From the human T2T-CHM13v2.0 reference genome, Homo sapiens, in NCBI RefSeq assembly GCF_009914755.1, contig NC_060929.1: a DNA stretch of 64,000 nt, one strand, 5' to 3'. A program made the position numbers and the translations under genes. Positions within the stretch are counted from its first letter, which is position 1. The number at the start of each line of letters is the position of its first letter. The notes under the pieces are model-generated. The model worked only from the letters and a program-made list of their open reading frames with translations. It was not told the origin of the DNA and searched no databases. Below, in pieces: positions 38,501-51,299 of the stretch.

Positions 38501-40762
38501 GTCTTTGGGGTTGGTTTTCTCTTGGTTGTCTAGTTATTTTAATCATGATGTTACGTTGCTAAGTTGAGATCTTTTTAACTTTTTATGCGGATATTTGGTA
38601 CTATAAATTCCCCTCTTAACACTGCCTTAGCTGTGTCCCAGAAATTCTGATATGTGTATCTTTGTTCTCATTAGTTTCAAAGAACTTCTTGATTTCTGCC
38701 TTAATTTTATTATTTACCCAGAAGTAGTTCAGGATCAGGTTATTCAATTTTCATGTAATTGTATGTTTTTGAGTGAATGTAGTAGTCTTGATTTCTAATT
38801 TGATTGTGCTCTGGTCCAAGAGACTCTTTGTTATGATTTCAGTTTTTGCTTTTGCTGAAGAGTGTTTTATTCCTGATTTTGTGATTTGTTTTAGATTATG
38901 TGCCATGTGGCAATGAGGAGAATGAATAACCTGTTGTTTTGGGATGGAGAGCTCTGTAGATGTCTATCATGTCCATTTGATCTGGTACTGATTTCAGGTC
39001 CTGAATATCTTTGTCTACCACTATTATTGTGTGGGAGTCTAAGTCTATTTGAAGGTCTCTAAGAACTTGCTTTATGAATCTGGGTGCTACTATTTTGGGT
39101 GAATATATATTTAGGATAGTTAGGTTTTCTTGTTGAATTGAACTCGTTACCATTATATAATCCTCTTCTTTGTCTTTTTTGATCTTTGCTGATTTAAAGT
39201 CTATTTTGTCTGAAGCTGGAATTGCAACCCCTGCATTTTTCTATTTTCTATTTGCTTGGTAGGTTTTTCTCCATCCCTTTATTTTGAGCCTATGGTTGTC
39301 ATCGTATGTGAGATGGGACTTTTGACCCATAACAGTGGGTCTTGGTTCTTTGTTTATCTTGCCCTTGTGCCTTTTAATTGGGACATTTTGGCCCACTTAC
39401 ATTCAAGGTTCTTATTGATATGTGTGGATTTGATCCTGTCATCCTGATGTTAGCTGGTTAGTTTGCAGACTTCTTTAGATGGTTGCTTTATAGTGTCATT
39501 GGACTGTGTACTTCAGTTTGTTTTTATAGCAGCTGGTAATGGTCTTTTCTTTCTATATTTGGTGCTTCTCTCAAGAGCTCTTGTAAGGTAGGTTTGTTGT
39601 TAATAAATTCCCTCAGGATTTGCTTGTCTGAGAAGGATCATTTATCTCCTTTGCTTATGAAGCTTAGTTTGGCTGGATATGAAATTCTTGGTTGGAATTT
39701 ATTTTCTTTAAAATGTTATATATTGGCCCCCAATCTCTTCTGATTGTAGGGTTTCTGCTGAGAGGTCCACTGTTGGTCTGATGGGCTTCCCTTTTTGGTG
39801 ACCTGGCCTTGCTCTCTAGCTGCCTTTAACATTTTTTCTTTCATTTTGACCTTGGAGAATCTGATGATTATGTGTCTTGGGAATAATCTTCTTGCAAAAT
39901 ATCTTACTGGGGTTCTCTGCCTTTCTTGAATTTGAATGTTGGCCTCTCTAGATATGTTGAGAAATTTCTCATGGATGAGATATGTTTTCCAAGTTGGTTC
40001 CATTCTCTTATTCTCTTTCAGGAACACCAATGAGTCATAGATGAAATCTCTTTACATAATTCCATATTTCTCAGAGGTTTTGTCCATTCCTTTTGATTCT
40101 TTTTTCTCTATTCTTGTCTAACTGTCTTATTTTAGAAAGCCAGTCTTCAAGCTCTGTGATTTTTTCCCCACTTGCTCTATTCTGCTATTAATACTTATCA
40201 TTGCATTATGAAATTCTTGCAGTGTCTTTTTTAGCTCTATCTGGTAGGTTATATTCTTTTCTATTTTGGCTATTTTGTTTGTCAGCCCCTGCACTATTTT
40301 ACTGTGATTCTTACATTCCTTGGATTGCATTTCAACATATTCCTACATCTAAATAATCTTCATTCCTATCCATATTCTGAATTCTGTTTCTGTCATTTCA
40401 GCCATCTCAGGCTGGTTCAGAACTCTAGTTGGAGAGGTAGTGTGGTCATTTGGAAGAAAGAAGACACTCTGGCTTTCTGAGTTGTCAGGGTCATTGTAAT
40501 GGTTGTTTCTTATCTTTGTGCGCTGATGTTCCTTCAGTCTTTGAAGGTGCTGACCTTTGGAACTTTTTTTTCTATTATGCTGTTTGATGACCGTGAGGGT
40601 TTGAATGTGGTATAAGATGGATTCAGCTGACTGGTTTCATTTCTGAACTCTGATGGGTGGTGTCAGGCAAAGTGTTTTGTAGTGTGGTGACAGTGGGACC
40701 CATCCTCATTTGCATGTTCCAGCAGCAGCAGCAGCGTGGTAGGGTGCACACTTGTTATCTGT
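35530..40762 (-). mobile_element. L1PA (PA13-16-like), about 5.2 kb, defective
   Basis: 3' UTR at 35530. ORF2 peptides 'GIYLKEYKSFYYKDT...MEYYAAIKK' and 'QQENLTILNIY'; the EN GDFN motif is deleted near 39010. ORF1 peptide 'PRHIIIRFSKVKMKEKMLKAARE'. Partial 5' UTR. Confidence 0.95.
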
Positions 40763-41480
40763 GTCAATTAAGAGTAATACAAATAAAATATTTATTTTAC
40801 TTTCTTTAGTCCTTCTCTGACACTTTTCCTTTATTTAGATAGATCTGAGTTTCTCACCACCATTTTTTCTACTCTCTGAAGAGTATCTTATAACATTTAT
40901 TACAGGAAGGACTACTGGAGATAAATTCATTATTGCTTGAGAAAATCTTTATTTTTCTTTCACTTTTGAAGAATAATTTTGGTGAATACAGAATTTGAGG
41001 TTCATGTTTTTCTTTTTTTCTTCATTCAACACTTCAAATATTGGAGAACCTTGGATTTAAATTTTAAAAATTAGACAACATCCAAATGAAACAAACAGTC
41101 CCCTCTCTTCTTGCTTGCATGCTTTGCAATGTGAAGTGTAATGTAATTCTAATAATTATTCCTCTATCGTTAAGATGTTTTTATACCTTCTGGATTCAAG
41201 ATCTTCTCTTCGTTTTCAAACTCATATGATCTTCATATGCAGTTTGTATATGATATGGCTTGGAAAGATAAATCTTTCCTGTTTGGTATCTGTCCTCCTT
41301 GGTGTCCTGTGAGCATTCTGTTTTCCTTTGTTAAAGGCAAATGTTATTTAAATGCATAAAAATAAAATTTAAAATATCTTCTTTCATAAAGCTTTGCTTC
41401 TGTTCACCCTCTGTATATCTCTATTTCAGTTGTTTTTCGTTTCCATTCACCCATTCATACAATAAAATTTACTGGACTTC

Positions 41481-41789
<309 letters not shown>

Positions 41790-42136
41790 CTATTATGTGT
41801 TAAAACCTGATTTTGGAAAACAGGACCATAATCTTTATATTTGTTTTGCAAAATTAAATTTGTCATTCAATTTGCAAAATTCTCAGCAACTGTTACTTTA
41901 AATATTCTGCTTTTCTGACTCCCACTCCTCTTCTGCTTCCTTTTCCCCCCTCCCTCTCCTCTTCCTCTTTCTTCTTTTGCTTTGCATTTGTTATTCTGTC
42001 GTTTCTGCTCTAAGGAGGTTTAGTGTTTGTTTCTTCAAGCTATTTGAAGGCACTGCCTGTCTAGGTCAGTCAATTAACTTCAAGCTTGGGAATGTTTTTG
42101 CAAGATGATATACACTTAGGCTGAAATACCTAAGGT

Positions 42137-42359
42137 AGTGATTTTCAAAGTCTGTTTCTGAACCAGCAATATTAACATTATCTGGCAATTTTTAGAAATG
42201 CAAATTTTCAGAACCTACCTAGATCTACTGAATCAGTACCTTTGCAGTTGGTCTTGCAAACTGCTTTAATAAGATCTCTATGTAATACTGATGAATGGTA
42301 ACTTCTGGAAACCATCAGGTTTTGGAGGGCCATCATATGCCCAAGCATTCTGAGACTGC
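42137..42359. mobile_element. MER5A hAT MITE
   Basis: 'ttagaaatgcaaattttcag...ctactgaatcag'. Confidence 0.7.
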
Positions 42360-43479
42360 TTTATCCCTTTAAATTCACTGCTAAGATTTGAGAGGATTGA
42401 TTTTCTTTGCAGATCCACAGTAGGGAATGGAGAGAGTAGTTGTAGATTATAGCTGAATTTTACAATGAGGGAGAGGCCCTTTTTGGATCTAGCTACCAGT
42501 GGAGTATTTTCTATTAGAGGTCCCACTTCACAAGGTCCAGGAGCTTGGTTTCTTGTGTGGAGCCTCTAAAGCCATAAAAATCTAAGATCAATGATGAAAG
42601 TGAGTTGATACCTATACTCTCCTTTCTTACTTCTCTCCTTTTCTAAGTATCCAGCCCTTAAAATACTTATTTTTTGTCTGCTCAGTGATGCTTATAGTTT
42701 TTGTTTTGTTTTGATTATCATTTATTTGTTTGATTTAAATTCAAGATTCTTGTTATCTTCAGTAGAATAGTACCCATAACCATGCTGCGTGCAAAGCTTT
42801 TGCGTCTTTGCTATTGTTATGTACTCCTTTATCATTTCTATTGTTGTGGATTGTTTCTTCTGATCTATATTCTATCACCTTTCTCTTTCTTTGGGTTCAA
42901 TTTGCTAATAAAAAAAAAAGAGAGTCAGAGTCAGAGGACTGTATGTCTAAAGAACTGGTCAATTTCATTTTTAATTTCAATGTATAGGTTCTAGATTCTG
43001 GAAAAAGAGTTTGTTTAGAACAAGCCTCTGTGGAATGACCTTCCAGGACAAAACTCATATTTATTTTCAAAAAATAAACAAACCCCACAGCTCTTTGAAA
43101 GCCCCAGGAAGTGACCAAAATTAGACCAAAAAAATCACCTTGTGTTTCTGGTCGGACAAGTAACTGTTTTGAAATATACCCAAAATGTTCTCCACAACAG
43201 AAGCCTCTAAGAACTCTCTAAAAGAAAATAATTTACCAGAGCTTTACCAAATTAAAGAGCAGTCTATGAAAGACAAAGTACAGTAGGTAAGATTTGTGAG
43301 CAAAGAAGTCATAAAATTCAAAAGAAACTTGAGAAAGGAAGGGACTTCCCTAGGAAGGAACCACAGAGGAATGAGAAATTTGAGAATCTCTCAAATTTCA
43401 CAAACTTCTTGCTAATTACTAATGTAATGTTTGGGCCACAGGGGACCTGGGTTGGAGAAAGCAGTATCTAAAATCTTAA

Positions 43480-44440
43480 ATAATTCAGAATTTGAGCCCA
43501 GCCAAACTGCCTGCTTGAAATATAAATTGGCGTTCTTCAGACAAACATAGCAATTCAGAAGCTCTACAGTGTCATTTATGATGTCCTGTTGTATAAATCA
43601 GTAAGCATGAGAAGAAAAATGTGACCCGTACTCAAGATAAAAACAGTCAACAATACCAATCCTAAGATAACCTATATGTTACAATTATAGTAGATAAAAA
43701 CTTTTAGAGTCAAATGTAGAGCTGAAAATACTTATGTAGAAAGGAGGCAATAAATTGAAATTCAAGACCTTGTTTTCTACATTAAGAAACTAGTAAAGAA
43801 AGAGTAAATTAAACCAAAGTAATAAAATGAAAGAAATAATAAACGTGAGAGAAAGCATTAATAAACTAGAAACATTGAAACCATAGAGAAAAGTGACAAA
43901 GCCAAAAATTGATTTTTAAAAATATTAATAAGTCTATAAACTACCAGAAGACTGATCAAGAAAAAAATTAGTAATATCAGTAATGAAAGATAGTATAGTA
44001 TTATAGATCTTACAAGTGTCACAAGAATAATAATATTATGAATAACTTTTTACCAACAAATTTGACAACTCAGAAAATAAAAAAATTTATAAAAACTGCT
44101 TATTAATACTGACAGAAGATAAAACAGAAAATATAAGTATATATTTCTATATTATATATTTACATATTAATTGAATTTGTTATTCAAAACTTCCCCCATA
44201 AAGTAAATCACAGCCTAGATGACTTCAGCCACAAATTCTATCAACTATTTAAGGAAAGAAATAATACTATTCTCACACAAACTCTTTCAGAAATAGAGGA
44301 GGAAGAAACACTTCCTTATTTGCTTTATGAGGGCAGTATAACCCTGATAACAAAACCTAACAAATATACATGAAATGAAAATTATAGACCAATATCCTTC
44401 AGGGAGGGAACCTTTCTCAAAATATTTAGCAGGTCAATTC
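43480..44440 (+). mobile_element. Old L1ME-type fragments
   Basis: ORF2-like 'aaattctatcaactatttaaggaa...tttatgagggcagtataaccctgataacaaaacc...aattatagaccaatatcc'. Confidence 0.75.
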
Positions 44441-44524
44441 ATTGAAGCTGTATTGGGTTAAAATTTATTTAGTCTACTTTTATAGTATTTTTTATGATTT
44501 TTTTAACTCAATTTCATTAAAATT

Positions 44525-44725
44525 ATTATTAATGGTAGTTCCTAATACTTATATAGAAATTAACATGTCATAGGCATTTCAGCACTATATACATGTTAAC
44601 CCATATCAACTTCTTTTATTAATAAGGTAATGAAGACACAGAAAACTTTTCTACTGTCATAAAGTTAGTCATACAAGATTCGAAGTTACGTCATGTGACT
44701 GCAGAGTTTGTGCTGTTAAATACTT
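44525..44725 (-). mobile_element. MIR relic
   Basis: 'ctaatacttatatag...aggcatttcagcactatatacatgttaac...taaggtaatgaagacacaga'. Confidence 0.5.
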
Positions 44726-46356
44726 TATTTCTACCTCTTTATTTTGCATGTGATTATTTCATTATCTGTGGACAACTTCTAAGGCTTATTTTGTCTGCTG
44801 ATTCTCTATTCCTTATTTACTTATGTATTTTGTACCTATTGACTTGCATCAATAAATATAGATATTTGTGGAAATCCACTGATGCTTTTTATGTTCACAC
44901 TTTTCCAAAGGATAGACTTTATTGCTGCCAGCTTTTTATGTTAACTTCTCTTTTTGGGTAATATATCACAGCTTTTATAAATTCACAGTTGCAAACCACA
45001 GGAATGCAGACCTGATATTCTGAATTCTCAAAGGAGATGTTTTCCAAAGCCAGTTCAACACATGCTTCCTTGTAATCTTAAGTCACTGATGGTGACTTTT
45101 AAATATTTAGTTCACTCTTCACCTGAGGATATAGATTGTTGAGAACCCCAACTTCTAAGTTTGTATGAATCCAAACCTTATTTTCTGAACCTGTGAGTTC
45201 ATTTTATGTTACTGAACTTAGCAAAAGTTCCCCAAGTAGGTGAAGTAGCAGTGAGAATGCACCAGTATCATCTTCAGCTCCTTTGAGTTTGGATTCTGGA
45301 GATTTGTTTTTACTTTTTTGAAAACTCAACAGTGTATCTACAGGGGTTTAACTAGGTATCAAGGACTGTGAGATGCTGTCTCTGGGTAATCATGCACAGA
45401 GAATTGGAGAAGAGGCTTTTGATTATTTTAGTCTTCCCTTAGGGACAAGGAGGCTTTCCTGGAACTGTGACTAGATCAGTCATAGCTGAGTGCATTTGCT
45501 TGTTTGGGGAAAGGTTGGTTAAGGTAGGTTTGTGGCATGGGTAAGAAATGTGCAGTGGGGAGAGGGGACACATGATTGCCCTGCTCTTTTCATCATACAA
45601 TTATTTACTTTCATCAGAAAGCTTCAGAACATGGGCTGTGTACCAGTTGCAGCTTTCTGGTTGTCTGACCACCTAAAGCTGTAGCAGATAGGGTCATAAA
45701 CTCTACTCTGTGGCATCTCCTGGACACCTGTGTCAGTTGACAGCTCACAGACTTCAAAAATTTAAAGTCTGGGTTTACAATGATGTAATTGTTGACTTTT
45801 AAGACCAGGAAGATTTCTATATTATTGGACACTTAAAAACACAGAGGTAATTTATTTTTAGATGGGGATTCTCTGTAGATAACCGAGTATGAATTTTATG
45901 AGTCTGTCTTTGCCTGCTTTGGAGCGTCTGATTTTTTTAAACGGCACTTTACTTGCTAAGTGCCTACAATACTTGCTAAGCCACTAAATCTAACAGTTTG
46001 AAACAGCTGTCCCCAGGCATCCCTGCAAATTAATACTGTGGCACTACACTTCATTTTTCTTAAAATTAATATTTTGGCTCTCTATAAATTAACTTCTAGC
46101 AATCTACCAATGTAAACATTTGTTCTTTTAATTTAAATTTCTTGACACAGGAGGTGTTTTCAAAGTAGAAGAATGTATAATTATTCACCTCAAAAATGGC
46201 AGATGAAAATGAAGGCATAGCTAGATCTCTGACATATTTTCTTTCACAGTTGCTGCTTAAACTCTGAATCCTAATTTTTTTTTTATGGAAGTACTTTTTC
46301 CCTCTTTATTTTTTGAACTTAGAGTCATTATGCTACCAAAAACATTTCATTGTATT

Positions 46357-46474
46357 TTCTCCCTTTCTCTCTCTTCTCCCCATCTCTCCCTCCCTTCCTC
46401 CTTTCTTCCCTCCCACCCATCTTCCCTCCTTTCCTTCCTTCCCTTTTTCTTTCTCTCCCTGTCTCTTTCTTTTT
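46357..46474. repeat. CT-rich polypyrimidine low-complexity tract
   Basis: Read directly. Confidence 0.9.
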
Positions 46475-47062
46475 AAAATTTGATCTATCTAATATTATAA
46501 CTCTTGTTGGGAATACAAGTGGGCAAACACAAGTTTTTCTTTACATCTTCTTTGCTTCAAGATCTCCTTTCCAACATATCAAATGAATAAAATTTGGCTG
46601 CCTGTAAAAGAAAATGCAAAATAACAATGTCTTAAGCAAATTATATATCTGTCTATATACTTAGTTTCTTCTCATGTATAGTCCAGAGGTAGTATGGTGG
46701 AGGCTGGTGTGGTGATGGTGGGTTCATCATTACCAAGAGCTTGTTTTCTGTTTTTACTCCATTTATTTTATTATGTCAGCTCAGGGTCCACAATAACTAC
46801 TGGAGCTCTGGTTATCACATGTGCCTTCCAGTTGTCAGAAAAACTGCCAGAGCATAAATGAGAAGCTTTAATTTCAAATTTAATCAATTTTCTTTAAGGT
46901 CCTGTCTTGGTCAAGGGGTAGGAACATTACCAATGATAGTCTAATATATGAAAAATAAACACCGTGGGAGCTGGATCATCCTGCTGATGTTTCATTTATT
47001 CCTGTTACATTATTAACAAATCTTCAGAGTTGAACTGATTCCTGTTCTTTCTGTGGCCTACC

Positions 47063-47382
47063 TTTGTTTTCTGTTTTTGTTTTTCGATTTTTTTAGGCAG
47101 GGGCTTGCTATATTGCCCAGGCTTGAGTGCCTTGGCATGATCACAGCTCACTGCAACCTCCGCCTCCCAGGCTCAAGCCATCCTCCCACCTCAGCTTCCT
47201 GAATAGAGAAGCTGGGACTACAGGTGTGCACCACTATGCCACGCTAATTTTTAAAAAAATTTTGTAGAGATGGGGTTTTGCCATGTTGGGCAGGCTGGCC
47301 TCAAATTCCTAGATTCAAGTGATCCGCCCACCTCAGCCTCCCAAAGTGCTGGTATTATAGGCAGGACCCACCGCATCGTGCC
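47063..47382 (-). mobile_element. AluJ
   Basis: J-type 'ggctcaagccatcctcccacctcagc' and a degenerate T-tail. Confidence 0.93.
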
Positions 47383-48362
47383 CTGTCTTTGACTCTTGAA
47401 ATAACTCATATAGTTACAGTAAATTCCATTTATTTATTTATTTAAAAACAGCCTTAGTTTCTTTTTTTGGAACCAAAGACACTTAAATAGGAGACATAAC
47501 AAGAAAACTTAACTCACATATTGTTGGCATGATTTTTACATGTATGGCGTGTGGGAAGAGTGAGTGCTGTTGTTGGGTGAGTTTCTTCAGGGTAAGGACC
47601 ATAATTTAAAAATCCACACTAATGAGTGTACTCAGTATTTGTTGTGTCGAGCCTTCCCAATTAATTCTCAGAGAATAAAAATTATGCCATCTATTCAGAG
47701 AGAAAATATGATACATCTTTCAAACCAGGATGGACATCAGAATAAAGAGGGAGGCACGAAAATAATTAACAGTTACTAATTGACTCTTATTTGGACTGTG
47801 CCAAGCAAACCAGGATATACATATATTTATTTCCACCTAACAAAATGCTTGATAACTGGCTGCTACTTTAACATTGGTGAATTTGACAACACATCTCAAT
47901 GTAGATTTGTAGGTTATGGATAACTTATGGAAACCTTTCCATGTAATAAGATATACGTGTGTGTGTATATATGTGTATACACTATATATACATATATACA
48001 CACACACACATATATGACTGAGCACTAAATTGGTAGAGCTATAAGAAGCTGTAGCAAACATGCTAACAATTTCTCAGAAACGAGTTGTAAATACTTATAG
48101 TGAGCAACTTACACTGACTAGAAAAAGAAAAGTTACCTAAAAATAGCTCCTCCAAAAAATTCCTAGGTACTTACAGTTTATTGAAAGCAATTTTAGCAAT
48201 ATGCATGGAATTACTTCCATTTGGATATATAATCACTTTTGTGCCATCAGTATGCATTTACTAAATTACCTTTCCAATTATATACTCTTACTTTTATAAT
48301 TGTACTTCTATTTTTTTCAACATGACAAACATTTTTTGCAATCCAATTAAAGTTTGTAGCAC

Positions 48363-48750
48363 ATACATTAGGTTGGGTTTGCTAGAAAGAGACTTGGATA
48401 AAAAGCTGGAAGCAGAATGTGTAGCTGGGAGTGCTCAAGGAAGATACACCTCTAGGATGTGAGGAAGGCAGAGTTGGGCAGAGGGAGAAGCTGACTCACA
48501 CTGTGATAGAAACTTTGGCCTCAGAAAATCCTGCACAGATGGCCAAAGTATCACAGGTTGAGGCAGGGTCACTGAGTCTTTGTATCTCTCCATCAGGTAG
48601 TTAGATATAGAAAGCTCCCTATGAAGGAGGCTTAAACTTGGACAGGGAAGAATCTATGGCTGAGGGCAATTGCCGGTGAGGCTGATAACCGTGCACTAGT
48701 ACATCAAATCCGATGAAGGATCTGGGCAGAGCACTGAAGTATTCACTACA
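48363..48750 (-). mobile_element. LTR16A-like ERVL solo LTR
   Basis: 'ttaggttgggtttgctagaaag...gggcagagggagaagctga...ggatctgggcagagcac...cactaca'. Confidence 0.65.
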
Positions 48751-48849
48751 TGAAGTATATTTTGCACTGTGGACACAAATTAGAAAAATTGCAAGTAGTG
48801 GTATATTGTAATTGGCATGCACTATATGAGCAGAGTCAATGTGTCTCCT

Positions 48850-49411
48850 TGTAGAATATTCTCTGATGATACTCACTATTATCCCCTCTCTGCTAAGCTT
48901 TGTTCTGTGTCTGAAGGGCATAAAGCATGGAAACTACATTTTTCAGACTCCATTACCAGAAGGATATGGTTGGATTTCAGCAATGAGTGGGCTTTGCATA
49001 AAATTTGGAAGACGAAAGAGAAGAAAAACCTGGCTGCTGCAGGTTGGAACACTGGCAACAATAGATACGGAGTTTGCAAGAAGCTGCTAAGCTTCCTCAG
49101 GAAAATTATTTGTTTCAATATTTCTGGCATATGGGATCATCAATTATTGTTTTCAGTGGTTCTGGCTGAAAATTGGTTCAATTCTTCTATCTGAGAATTG
49201 TTCATTTCTGTGCTTCAGGAAACTAAGACCATCACTGGCAGTTTTTGTTGAGGGATCCTTGTGCATTCATTTTTCCTTAAAACAGCCTTCCTAACTTTTA
49301 CTCCCCCAGCCTCTATGGTTGTGTAAGTCTTTAATTCTTAGAGTTACATTTCTCTTACTCAGTATATCCTAGTGCGGCTTCTGTTTTCCAGACCCAACCC
49401 TGACTGATATA
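48850..49411 (+). mobile_element. Old ERVL-type solo LTR (LTR41-like)
   Basis: 3' terminus 'cctagtgcggcttctgttttcc...accctgactgatata' is typical of ERVL LTRs. Confidence 0.5.
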
Positions 49412-49432
49412 GTCTCCATGTGTTTCAGATGG

Positions 49433-49865
49433 TGGGATAGTTTGGATATTTGTCCCTGCCCAAATTTCATGTTGAACTCTAATCCCCAGTGCTGTAGGTG
49501 GGGCCCAATGGGAGGTGTTCAGATCATGGGGGCAGATCCCTCACGGCTTGGTGCTGTCTTCGTGATAGTGAGTTCTTGTAAGATCTGGTCATTTTAAAGT
49601 GTTTGGCACTTGTACCATTTCACTGTGTCTTGCTCCTGCTTTCACCATGTGAAGTGCCTGCTCCAGCTTCACTTTTCACCATGATTGTAAACTTCCTGAG
49701 GCCTCCCTAGAAGCCAAGCAGATGCCATCACCAGGGTTCCTGTAAAGCATGCAGAACTGTTAGCCAATTATACCTCTTTTCTTTACAAATTAAAAACCTC
49801 TTTTCTTTACAAAATGGAAAGAATAAAGGTATTTCTTTATAGCAATGCAAGAACGGCCTAATACA
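49433..49865 (+). mobile_element. MSTA/MSTB MaLR solo LTR
   Basis: tg...ataca termini with perfect TSD gatgg (49428-49432 and 49866-49870). Confidence 0.95.
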
Positions 49866-50506
49866 GATGGCTCTGCCATTAGTGAGAAAATTGAGACGCT
49901 TTCTCTAGATGGCAAAAAAGTTGTAAAAATAAAAGGAAATTATTAATATACCGTCTATTGTGATCATTTACTAAGTTAAGCATATTATTAAGAAGACAAG
50001 CATAAGTTTAACACAATTTGGCAAAGAATAAAATTGAAGGAGAGAGAGCATATGTTGGCTTTGCTCTGTGAAACTCAAATGAAATGGTCACCTGTTCTAG
50101 CAGCTCATGAAAAATTCTGCATTGTTTATTATGTGTCAGGATCAACCTTAAATTCAGTTATAAAAAGTTTGATGATTCCAAAAAAAAGGGAAGCACTAAG
50201 TAATATAGGTACAGAGAGGGAAGAGTGTCAAATAGAATTTTCAATCTGTGTATAAGGATACTTAAGCATTTTTTAAGGAAAGCAGAAAGAAGCATGAGAA
50301 AGTCTACAATGACATCTATGTCAATATAACAAGCTGGATATTTAGAGAAGAAACTCTTGATTAAATACTTTTTATGATATGAACACACACGTATAATATG
50401 ACATGACTGTGTTCATGGAACATAAAGAAATTCCTCTGACCAAAGAGAACTGGAAAAAAAAAGGAAAGAAATTATAGAAATTGGTGGAAACAACAAGAAA
50501 TGATAG

Positions 50507-50982
<476 letters not shown>

Positions 50983-51299
50983 TATTGGTTATATTTTTTA
51001 AAAAGTAGACGTGAAGATGGATGCCTCAATCTTGACTGTGGGTGGATTAGAAAAATTTTTCCTGTAGAAATTTCTAACCACAAGTGCACTTTTATTTTAA
51101 AAAAATTAGAATCAAAACTACTTTTTTAGTATGAAAAACCAAAAGCTAAAAGTTTATCTTAAAGTGGGCCTGATAATTGGTGTCAACAAATCCTGCCTTC
51201 TTAAAAGAAAAATCTCTAAATCCAGCTTATATTTTACCAGGATAAATCTTTGGTAAACATGAGCTCACAATAAATGACTAACCACTGGAGTAAGATTAG

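Noticed and set aside
35530-40762. Potentially active L1
   Set aside because: Old subfamily with fragmented ORFs, a deleted EN motif and an incomplete 5' UTR.
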